In this document: positions 40,401 to 51,763 of the stretch, in pieces
Layout of the letters: the number at the start of each line of letters is the position of its first letter
Numbering within the stretch: position 1 is the stretch's first letter
Assembly: GCA_964016885.1 (NCBI GenBank)
Contig: OZ024741.1
Coordinates: 297,724,001-297,788,000, forward strand
Length of the DNA stretch: 64,000 nt
Direction of reading: 5' to 3'
Source of the DNA: Eledone cirrhosa
Lineage: Eukaryota
Program-made: the position numbers and the translations under genes
The notes under the pieces: model-generated
Told to the model about the DNA's origin: nothing
The model's input: the letters and a program-made list of their open reading frames with translations, nothing else
The model's database searches: none

Positions 40401-41647
40401 TTGTGGTTGTTGTTGTGGTGGTGGTGGGTGTGGTGGTGGTTGTGTTGTTATGTTCGGGGTTGGCAGAAGAGCCTTTTTTTTTTGACTCGTTAATTGAGGA
40501 CAGGCAGCCCTCAGGTGACTCCTGCTTAAGCAGTGGTAACATGACGGCCACCTTCCCTCCACTGAAATGTTTATATAAATTAGCCCGTCCAGAGGCACGC
40601 GTTGTGGGATATCCGCTATTCGTTCTGGGCTCATTTTCACCAGAACTTCTACGCTGATCCCACCAAATACACCCCCGGAGGACCTTCCTATTGAAATTAT
40701 CTTGTCTTCGTCAAAGTTAATGATTCCACATAGTATCCACCAAATATTTACATTTGGTGTGATACTCATTATTTTTATTCTTTGTGTCCTTTTTCCCCTG
40801 TATGTGGGGAAAAGGGTGAAGCAGGGGGACACAATGGGTGATACCGAGTACTTTTGAGCTGTTGACTGGTTGTTCATTAGCACCGAAATGCTACCAAACA
40901 GTTTACCTTTTTGTATGAAGGTTAAGTCCTTCATTGTATCTTTTAGAACCAGCTCAATTTCATTTTGTGATAATTGAGCTGGTTTTCTTGTTTCGTTCGA
41001 TATTGTCCTGAAAACTGTGGTTTTCAGGACAGCCTCTCTACGTAATTCCTGTGGAGAATTGATGCTAAAAGCACCGTTTTCGCCAAAAGTCACGAATTGT
41101 TTTGCGTCTTGTAATAGTTGTTTAGCATTTGTTATGTCTATTGGTGTGTATAGTTCGTTTTTTTTTTACAGTCTGTGCAAATGTTGTTTTGGTGTTGTTG
41201 TCTTTTTTGTTGCTGTCACTGTTGGTAATATTGTTCATGTTTTCCTTGGTATTGCTATTGTTGCAGTTGTTGGTTGTGGTGTTATTGTCATTGTTCTTGT
41301 TGTTGGTGCTGGTATTATTTACCGGGTTTGGTTTCGTGGTTTCGATATTTTTAACGTTTTTCGATGATGCGAGGGGGGAAGGCTGCAAGCTTTGTACTCC
41401 TACATTCCCTCCACCACTTTTCTTAGTGGGCGAGGTGGAAATGGCATCCATTGCCACCAAGTCTACAGTTTTGAGATGAAAATTGAAAATTTCGCCCCAG
41501 AGAGGGGCGAAAATTAGTTGAATCAACGTCTGACGGCCCAGGCAAGGGGTTAAACTAAACAATGTTATTAAATTGAGCAATAAACTCACAGTTTTTTTGA
41601 CAATAATCCGTAAAAATCCGGAGCGAAGTAATTCACGTCTATATCAA
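37408..41647 (-). mobile_element. Tx1/L1-clade non-LTR retrotransposon with both ends and an internal deletion of the endonuclease
   Basis: ORF1 runs from ATG 41451, with a frameshift in an A-run near 41160 and the knuckle CYHCLSRSHLRAAC. ORF2 remnant (about 40230-37647) has KSPGLDGLP, LDQSKAFDRV, IRQGCPLS, AYADD and CPRC..HAF..C. Flanking duplication GTGGTA(G/A)TTGATATA at 37393-37407 and 41648-41662. Confidence 0.9.
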
Positions 41648-42130
41648 GTGGTAATTGATATAGAGGGGATTTGGGAAGAGAGTTCCGTGTAGTAGATATA
41701 AAGAGGGAGATTTTGGTCTTAATTGATATAGAGAGGGAGAATGGGAGAGTATGTTGTATGGTTGATGTAAAGAGGGGGGAGAGTTTGGTAGTGATGAATA
41801 TAGTGAGAGAGAATGAGAGTGTTGTATGGTAGATATAGGGGGGGGGGGAGATTGGAAGAAAGTACGTGTAGTAGATATAGAGAGGGGAGAATTTGGTGGT
41901 TGTAGATATACAAAGTGGGATAATGGGAGAGTTCCGTGTAGTAAATTTAGAGATGGAGATTGGAAGAGATAAATGTAATTATTTATAGAGAATGAGAGAG
42001 TGTATTAGTCTTAGATATAGAGAGTGGGATAAGAGAGGCGGTGTCGTGGTAGATATAAAGATGTGTAGTTTGGTTTTTGTAGATGCAAAGAGGGGGATTA
42101 AAAGAGAGTTTTGTGTGATAGACATAGAGA
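41648..42130. repeat. Degenerate purine-rich tandem repeat (GATATAGAGAGGGGAGA.TTTGGTGGT-like)
   Basis: Repeated motif, also present on the other side of the Tx1 element (37350-37407). Confidence 0.7.
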
Positions 42131-42169
42131 GGAAGACTCTCAGGTCCCAAATAATAGGAGGGGTGGAAA

Positions 42170-42357
42170 TAATTGTTTCTACTTTTGGCACAAGGCCAGC
42201 AATTACCCAGTGCATTACTGGTACTTTATTTTATCGACCCCGTAAGGATGAAAGGCAAAGTTAACCTCGGCGGGATTTGAACTCAGAATGGCAAGGGCCG
42301 TAACTCTATGCATCAAAGCATGGCATCCAACCCTCTACCGATACTGCCAATTCACCG
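42170..42357 (-). mobile_element. SINE family A nested in a MITE M1 copy (42135-42622)
   Basis: Full-length reverse SINE between the MITE ends ACTCTCAGGTCCCAAATAAT and ATTATTCAAGACCTGAGAGT. Confidence 0.85.
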
Positions 42358-43023
42358 TGGGTGGAGTGGAGCTTGGGAAATCAGTAATTGTATAGTGTAC
42401 GTTCGTAAATATGAGATTTCTTGTAATGTTTTTCTTTTGTCATATATGTTTTTTTTAAATGTAAAATAAAATTATGATTCACTTACAATAACATTTCGCC
42501 GGAGATCTATTAGCAAAATTTAATAAGCAGGAGGGTGGGGGTGGAATAAAAACCATGGGGGCGGGGGGGATCTGAAAAATTAATTAGAGGGGCGTGGGGA
42601 CGATTATTCAAGACCTGAGAGTTCGTGAATTATTGACGGACGTAAGAATGAAAACACAATACCGAAGTAGAGTTTAAATATTCATTTATTATGGCTAAGC
42701 CTTGTTACTCTGGAGTTTCACCTGCTACTGACCAGACAAGACTGATGATCCTGTGGGTGCGCTGGTGAAACTTTAGAGTAACAAAGCTCACCAATAGACC
42801 CAATAAATGAATGTATGTATATATATACATATACATATATATACATACGAGTATATAGGAGATGAATAAATTGGGTATAATACCAGTTTCTTACCAAATG
42901 CTAAGAAGCTCGATATATTAAGCCCTTAGGAAAGGACACAGAGCATTTTTTTTAATCATACGGTGCCACAGCATGGCCTCAGCCGGAGGGTTGGAACAGG
43001 TAAAAGAGTAAAAGAGTAATATA

Positions 43024-43243
43024 CAGTGGCCGTGGAACTAAAAAATCCAGTAATTATATGTTCTCCCTAAACTACAAAAACACACATCTATTTGGATATG
43101 CGCTACAATTTATGTACATATTATGTTTATCGCATATCGAAGTTTTCTGACCATTTTAAAGCCTAAAGAGCTAAATTAATCACTGAAATTAAATTGTCCA
43201 AATTCCACCCAACCCCCATTCAGAAACGCTTCCACCGCCCCTG
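43024..43243 (+). mobile_element. MITE family M2
   Basis: TIR-like ends CAGTGGCCGTGGAA and TTCCACCGCCCCTG. The internal AAAACACACATCTATTTG.ATATGCGCTACAATTT recurs at about 37290 and 45515. Confidence 0.6.
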
Positions 43244-43374
43244 CATACACACATACATATATACATATTTATAAAATTGAAGATACAATTCCCTCAATAA
43301 AAATATATATATTCTACGCATGTATTGAGTTTTCTTTCTTCAAGAGGTAGCCAATCCTGGTAGAGAGAATATAT

Positions 43375-43472
<98 letters not shown>

Positions 43473-44510
43473 ATGTGTGTATACATATGTGTGTGTGTGT
43501 ATATATACATACACATACACACACACATATATATACACTCACACACATGCATGTATGTATGTATGTATGTATGTACGTATGTATACATGTATGTATATAT
43601 ATATGTACGTATGTATAAGGATGTATAAAATACAAGTAAGGACAGGTATCGTATCGACACCGGTTTAATTATTAGTTACTCAAGCGTCCGTGGCAACACG
43701 TTTTGTCTGGTCGACTTTACAAAACTAAGAAATGAACGGATATCAGCTGCTCGGCAGTAGTGTAAATTTCTTGTTTGCTAGCAGCTGTCAATAAACCTAT
43801 ATAAACAAAAACAAACAGAAATTCGGGTGAGTGTTTTCATAGTTACTACTGTATTACTGTAAAGACATTGCTATAACCCTGTAATGATGTTCTTTCTTTG
43901 TAAACATAACGTTGTATTGATCTAAACAAATAGATAAATTGTTCTTAAAATTCTTTCTTTTTTTCTTTTTGCTGTATCACTCTAAAGAAGTTGATATATG
44001 ACTCTTAGAATCATTTTTATACCAACTCAACCAAAAGCCGGCTCTGGTTCTTTGAAACAAGACTACCCATTCTAAAGGGCTCCTATTTATCTCTTAACGT
44101 CTTGTACGACATTAAACCACATTGGCAAGGCATACTTTAAAAAAGCACTAAAAAATAAAAATAAATACGTAATTTTTATATGCATTCAATCAAATACACT
44201 CTCGCTTCGTCTCGATCAGAGATAACATTATTTTAAGAATTAGTCTTTAGTTTACTGCATATTTTTAAGGCAATTTGTGTTCTAGTAAAAGTTTGAATTA
44301 ACAAGTTTGTTTTTAGTTATTTTCTGTTAAATCTTTACAGAATGTTAAGAGTTAAATCAAAATCTTCCGACATAATGTTGTATAAAAATCATATGTTAAG
44401 TTACAATTTTAATAATGAAATAATTAATGATCTTCGTAAATCCAAGAAAACTCTTCCTTGATTAATTGAAATAGAGTGTGTTCCATTAAGAGTTAATAAA
44501 TATGCTGTAC

Positions 44511-44573
44511 CACATTGAGATAAGACAGGAGAACTTCCACGTGGTCGCTCGACGTATAGCATCAATATATTTC
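44511..44573 (-). CDS. Candidate 63-nt cassette exon of the minus-strand gene
   Basis: gttttaaag| acceptor and |gtacag donor, both weak. Phase 1-1 reading GNILMLYVERPRGSSPVLSQC. Confidence 0.2.
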
Positions 44574-44677
44574 CTTTAAAACACACAAGGATCATAGAAA
44601 AAATATTAGAATGGTCACAGATGGAGCGCCTCTGATGATCATAGATCTCTTTAGTCTGAGTTAACTTTGGGCTTAAT

Positions 44678-44863
44678 CAGACCTGCCAACCTCTAAAAAT
44701 TCAAACGGGAGTACCATTAAAAACAGCACCTTCAAATGGCGAGAAATGAGATAAAATGGGGGGATTTTACATAATGAAAATTATACCCATTTTCACAAAA
44801 ACGGGGAGAAATGAGCTAAAACGGGGAGATCTCCCCGTCCGATGGGGAGAATTGACAGGTCTG
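44678..44863. mobile_element. MITE family M3 with a 6-bp TSD
   Basis: TIRs CAGACCTGCCAA and TTGACAGGTCTG, flanked by CTTAAT on both sides. Internal palindrome ACGGGGAGATCTCCCCGT. Confidence 0.7.
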
Positions 44864-45693
44864 CTTAATAGCAACAACAGCAACTACTACAATAAATAAA
44901 TTAGAAGTTGTTCATTTGATTTCTTGAATTACAATTTAAATTAACATATCATCTTTTTAAAATGGGGTCTGCATTTTTATAAAATGACTTCTGGATTGTT
45001 TTATGTTACCTCAACAGGTGCGCTTAGGCCATAATATAGCGAGGGAAGGCAAGCCAGTTGACATACAGATACGATTTTGGGGCGGGTACTCCCCTCAAGT
45101 TCTGGTTCTTTTATTGAGGTCTGTTGTAATTACAATATGTACACTACATGTGCTTATATATACCTATAACCTATAAATAAATCATATGTATTTAGCTCTG
45201 AGTACTAAAATACTCAATGAGTAATTTGAAACGGACTTCAGTTTACACCAGGCCTTGACCTATCACCAGCTTTATGTCGGTTTGGTAATTATATAGCAGT
45301 GATGATTAAATCAATAAAACTGTTATCTATTTAATCAATCCTAATAGGATGGAAGGTAACATTGACCCAAGTGGAATTTGAAAATCCTAAATACTAAAAG
45401 TTGCTCAACTGAATATGTCACCTACCGTCTTATTATCTATTCATATATTATTATTTTTTCAATTTATAAAATAGGATTATCTAGTATAAACTATCTTTAA
45501 GAGAAAAAAATGCCAAAACACACATCTATTTGTATATGCGCTACAATTTTTGTACATTTTATGTTTATTGCATATCGAAGTTTTTTTTTCATATCTTTGT
45601 TGATATTTGATAACAACTAAACTAATCACTACAACTAAATTGACCAAATTGCCCCCCCCCCCCCATTCAGAAATGCTTCCATCGCCCCTGCAC

Positions 45694-45813
<120 letters not shown>

Positions 45814-46000
45814 ACACATATATATATATATATGGAGTGTCTGCGGTGCGAAGACGTGGAAGACCACAAACCAGGGTATTACTCGATGTATGGGGAAATG
45901 CAGAGTGGCAGAGTGGGTTTGTTGAAGAGGCAGAATTCAGGCGGCGATGCCTACTGTTTCAACCTATTTCCACAAGAACATATATATTTTACAGGACTAG

Positions 46001-46066
<66 letters not shown>

Positions 46067-46329
46067 CGAAGGAGTTGTGGTAAGGAACCAGATGTACCAT
46101 AACGAACCAGGCAAGTTCAGCCATCCCCACCCCGCACCCACTGCCATGATAGACTTTTCTGTGTCTGCTACAAATTTTGACCAATCCTCTTGACAACTAC
46201 AATCTTCCCGTATAAGGAAGTACCCCTTGATAAGTTCGGCTATTTATTTACTAGACTAAAAAAATCTTATTTTAGTCCAGAAATAGCCGTCGAAACGGCT
46301 TGAGCTCTGCCGTCGGGGTCATACTTTCT

Positions 46330-46380
<51 letters not shown>

Positions 46381-46613
46381 GAGTGTCCTTCAAAAATGCA
46401 TACATACTTTGATTACCTGTACAGGCAATATTTATTAGAATGCTGTTGAGTGTATACATTTTTTGGGACACCCTGTATATATATATATATATATTTAATA
46501 TAGAAATGGCTGTTTCATTCGGGAGAAATCATCAGTACCTTACTTACTGTGGTTACCCCCGATTGAACCGGGATAAACTTATATCCACCTGGTTCCTTAC
46601 CACACTTCCTTCG

Positions 46614-46653
<40 letters not shown>

Positions 46654-47033
46654 CGAAGGGAGTGTGGTAAGGAACCAGGTGGACCAAAACACACCAGAGT
46701 ATTCAATACTTAGGGTAGTAGAGTGGGTAATAGGAAAATGTTCAAGACCCCGGCGGCAGAACTGGAGCCAGCTTTTCATAGAGCAATACTGGTTAAGGTC
46801 GACAACACACAATCTCACATACTTGTGAAAAAATATATGTGTACATATACATGTGTATGTATGTATGCACATATATGTGCGTACTTATTATTATTATTAT
46901 TATTATATATATATATATAACTTTATCCCGGGTTCAATTGGGGGTAACCACAGTAAGGTACTCAATTCATAGCAAAGTATAAATATTTAAGCCTGATGAT
47001 TTCTCCCGAATGAAACAGTTCTAGTCCTTAGAA

Positions 47034-47082
<49 letters not shown>

Positions 47083-47984
47083 CCGCCAATTGCTTTAATT
47101 TGAAAGCAAACAAATCTACAACGAACTAATGCAATCTACGAACTCAAGCATTCCATAAACTAACATTCATCACCACTGCAAGACATACAGCTTCAAAAAA
47201 TCAAATACCTCATTCGAACCCATATCCCAACCTTCCAAGCATAACAATAAACAGCCTGCAACAATTACTTTTGTAGGAGCCATAATATCAGCAGACGTCA
47301 GCCATCGTATTACGTAGTTTCTATATTCCACTGCATCGAATAGTGCTCCATTGTGTGACTGGAATTGCACCCACACATAATCAGTATAACCACCAGAAAC
47401 AATCTCCGACCATATATGTGAGATGTAATACGAACATGAAAGGAATCAGTTGGGAATAGAAACCGGGTTGTTCCCACTGTCCACTCCTTGAGGTCTCATT
47501 ATCTCTCTACAAGATTCAGCACATTGTGTAGTAAATATTTCGTTGTTATTGTTATTGTTGTTTAGCTCCGGCAGGACTCTGATTAAGTATATCTATGATG
47601 AAAGGCAGACTAGCTATGAGCATCCCATATTTTTATTGGATGTTTCGAAAGCTCCTTTGCTGACTGGTGCACATAGAAATGTTTTTCATCTCAAGGTTTG
47701 TTTTAAGGAACCTTTAGAACTGCACAAATCTTTGAGGCTGGAGCCATGAGGCAGGGATTGATATTCTCTGAATCTGAGAGGCATTTGTAATTTTTATTTT
47801 AAAGATTTCATTAGCGTTTCAAGTCTTTTAACCACCATTTACATGTGTTTGACTGCTGGCTGTTCTCTGTGAGACGCAGCTAACATATATCGTTTAGCCA
47901 GTGGTTTAGCGTCTGGTCCTCCCTTTGCCTCTACTTTTTCTCATTATTTAATTTTTTCTACTCTTAATTGAAGTCCATTGGCGA

Positions 47985-48125
47985 CGAATAGGCAGTCGTT
48001 AGAACGTCGGATAGAATGTTTTGTAGTATTCGTTTCGGTTCTCTGTTCTCTGAGTTCAAATCCCGCCGAAGTCAACTTTGCCTTTCATCCTTTCGAGGTC
48101 AATTAAAAAGTACCAGTCTAATACT
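47985..48125 (+). mobile_element. Older SINE family A copy
   Basis: GAGTTCAAATCCCGCCGAAGTCAACTTTGCCTTTCATCCTTTCGAGGTC..AAGTACCAG. Confidence 0.75.
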
Positions 48126-48984
48126 GATGTTGATTATTCCTCTATATCTCTTTCTCACTTCCATTTTCTCTCTATATATATCTTTCTCTTGAAGAAATCT
48201 GCTGTATTCAGACCTGGAGAGGGATGGGTTCCGTCAGGTTTAGAAATGCCTAAGAAACACCGTATGTTAATACGGTGCCCCAACGACCCTCTCAGGAGTT
48301 ATGGGACAGAGAAGAGAAAATTGAAGTTTATTGTTTTTTCTTGCCCTTTTGTTTCTACCACTACGCTCCTTTATTTATATTATTCCTCATTTGGTTTTTA
48401 TTATTTACACTCTCTATACTACTCTCTTCTGATACGTGTTCAGTTGACCAACAGAATGTTTATGTGGATTTTTCTAATGCTCGAGTTCAATACTTTTAAT
48501 GATCCTCTAAACTATTTTTAGCGCTTGTTTATCCCAATGTCATGTAGTAAATGTAAGTATGTACATGTATGTCTTAGATGTATCTATCCTAACAAGTTGA
48601 CATTTAAAAACAAACAAATTTAGGTCAGTAGTCTTTTGTGTATTCATGTATGTGCGTTTGCAGTGGTCAGCGATAACAGCATGAACTAGTTGATAAAACA
48701 TCAAATTTCCAAACCACAACTTGACGCAGTTGACTATATATACAGCTGTTATTTCCACGACTTTCTCAACTAAAATATATTTGTCAGTTACTTAAAGGAA
48801 ATGTATCTTGAATTAGAAATACATACTCTCCCGGTGCAAAATATGCAGTAGTAAAAAAAACAACAACTGTACACTATACATGGCAATAAGGAAACAAAAA
48901 AGACGAAAATAAGAAAGAGTAAGAAAAAAAAAGGAATTAAGTCAAGAAAATAAGATGGGCAGGGATAGACAGGCTCTACATCCC

Positions 48985-49460
48985 CGTCTGAATGGTGTTC
49001 CAGCTGCGACCCGCAGATAAAATGGCAATGGTATTGTCGCAGAGAAATGGCAAGTGACAACCACTCCAACAGGCTCCTCACTTCACGGGGTCCTTCCTCA
49101 GGTAGGCTGCTGTCTTTCTGATTTTACCAAGGAAATTGGCAGTATGAGGACTGAGGACAACTGAGGTGTCGACGACGACCGGTACGAAAAGGATGCGGTC
49201 GGTCAAGCGCCGGTATTTAGTTCGCTTCCTTTCCTCTGCGTTGTAGGCGGCTAAGCCTGGGTTTGCGGCCTAATCGATATGGTTGTAGGCGGAGAACGAG
49301 TCGCAACACGTCGCGTCCCTAATCAAGGGATTTACCTCACTTGATTAGAGGGAGGTGGTCATTCCGTCGGGGCACTTACCATCACCACGGTCGAAGCCAG
49401 TTGGCTCCAGTTGTGACAAGAAGCCGGCTGCGTCGAGGCTCCTTCTGATGAACGCCACAA
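48985..49460 (-). mobile_element. Degenerate CRE-clade 3' fragment
   Basis: Translates to FIRRSLDAAGFLSQLEPTGFDRGDGKCPDGMT..DATCCDSF..KYRRLTDR..VPVVVDTS, homologous to 4864-5487. Confidence 0.8.
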
Positions 49461-50088
49461 ATTAACGGCTGAGCGTCCAACCGTAACGTTGTTCTCAGGA
49501 CGATTCAGTGTGACACAGTATGGGGAATGATCCTTTGAAATTCATGTACAGGTTATTTATTTTCCAGTTGAATGGACTGTAGCCACGTGAAATAAAGTGT
49601 CTTACTCAAAGACAACGCACTCTCGAGAATCGAATTCCTGACCTCGCGATCGTGGGCCAAAAATCTTAACCACAAAACGATGCAACTTCAGCGGTGACTA
49701 CTAATATTATATTTTATTGGTTTATACCGAAGTTTGTTTAGAAACTTATCAGCTTATACATATGTGTGTATGTGTGTGTGCTACAGTTCTGGTTTTATGT
49801 CGTTATTATAGTTTCTATTTCATATTGCTATACTGCTGTCATCGATATTATAAGTATATAAATATATTTCCACTGTAAACATTACATCCATTTAATACAA
49901 CAACGCTAAATCTCCATACAGTGTGAAGTGATACGTATATTTCTAAGTTCGATTCTAAGAGGCAAATATGTCCACTTTTTTCCTTCTCTGCAAATTAATT
50001 AAATGCCCAACAACTTGTTCGAATATTCTATAATCAAACCTGCGTTGTAGCAGCTTACAATTAGCTTACATACAATATTTAATAATGT

Positions 50089-50126
<38 letters not shown>

Positions 50127-51124
50127 GCAGTAGCACTAAGATACTTTTCACTTTTTTGCTCTGTGATTATGTCAGATATATCTTAGTAACCGTTCAGAAT
50201 GTCAGACAGCTGTTTTAAGATTCTTTAATCTCTCATTAGTGACATCAACTCAACCGGTTTTGAGATGAAGATAGACTAGAACCTATATGATCTTTGCATA
50301 TTGAACATTTGTTGGAGGTGCTCATTTACGTATAGCAAATAGGAAACATTTATACCATAGAAAATACTATATATTTTCAACAGTTCAATCGAGTGGTAGA
50401 GAGGTATACAGTCTTGATGAAGGGTAATGACCCAGAAACATATTGATTGTTCCTTGATGCTATTGTTGAACAAACGGATGGCGATAGCCGTCAAAACACA
50501 GCATAGCTTAGTAAGGCCGTTTGCTTTCAAACGAATCGAATTCTTATTCGATATGACCCATACTTACATTTTGTAATCTGCTATATTAGAGCGAGAAATC
50601 AAATTCTAATTTTGTTTATATATATATATAGTTAAGATCGTAAAACAATGAACAAATTAGCTACCTATCTCCGACTGTTTTTGTTTTCATTTTTCTACAC
50701 GCACACGCACGCACGCACGCATGCATGCACACATATATATATTATTCAAATAAAGAAACGTTGGTTGATCAATTAATCAATTTATTCAAGTGAAAAGATG
50801 TTTGTTGATCAATTAATCGACAGACGTAAAGCACTCCATGACTTGGGTTCCTTAAAGTATTATCTACAAGATATCAGACGGAGTGTCAATATTATAAAGA
50901 AGAGAGATGGTTTTAAGTATACATCCCCCTGTTTATTATATAACCCTGATATACGTACAACATATGCTTACTGGTAATGGGGCTGCTATCACCATGTTCC
51001 CAACTACGGTAGCATATCAAAAACAAAAACATTACAACTTAACATCTTAAAGAGTTATCCAATCACTTTGATATCTTTGAAATACGTATAACAGGATTAT
51101 ATAATAAACAGAGGATGTATACTT

Positions 51125-51175
<51 letters not shown>

Positions 51176-51326
51176 ATAGCGATTGCACATAACACCGATT
51201 TTTACCACTGACTAACTAAATGTGTAAGCTCTGAATCACCAACCTACATTTCGGAAATGCAGCTCCTGTGAAATTATTGAGCGAGTGACAAATTTCGGCG
51301 GAATAGCACAAACTCACTTTATCTAG

Positions 51327-51361
<35 letters not shown>

Positions 51362-51374
51362 TAAATGGCTCTGG

Positions 51375-51424
<50 letters not shown>

Positions 51425-51576
51425 TATAAACGATCACTGTTAATTGCCCTAACATAAAAGCAAACAAAGTGGCTTCAAGCCAACGTTATCTACGAACTCA
51501 AGTAAATATTGTCGATGTACTTAAACCCAACATGACCTACCAAATACCACATTTGACATGGAGTAGATATAATAAC

Positions 51577-51763
51577 TGTTTCTACTTTTGGCACAAGGCC
51601 AGAAATTATCCCAGTGTATTACTGGTACTTTATTTTATCGACCCCGTAGGATGAAAGACAAAGTTAACCTCAGTGGGATTTGAACTCAGACCATAAAGGG
51701 CCGTAACTCTTTGTTGCAAAACATGGTGTCCGACCCTCTACCAATGCTGCCGATCTACCGCCC
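51577..51763 (-). mobile_element. SINE family A with a long TSD
   Basis: Full reverse copy flanked by TGGAGTAGATATAATAAC on both sides. Confidence 0.88.

Noticed and set aside
47100-47510. Non-repetitive segment as a minus-strand exon
   Set aside because: No frame gives a recognisable peptide with a matching donor site.
50276-50530. 84-aa hydrophobic ORF as a GPCR or chemoreceptor fragment
   Set aside because: No recognisable motif, non-ATG start, and no supporting splice sites in that frame.
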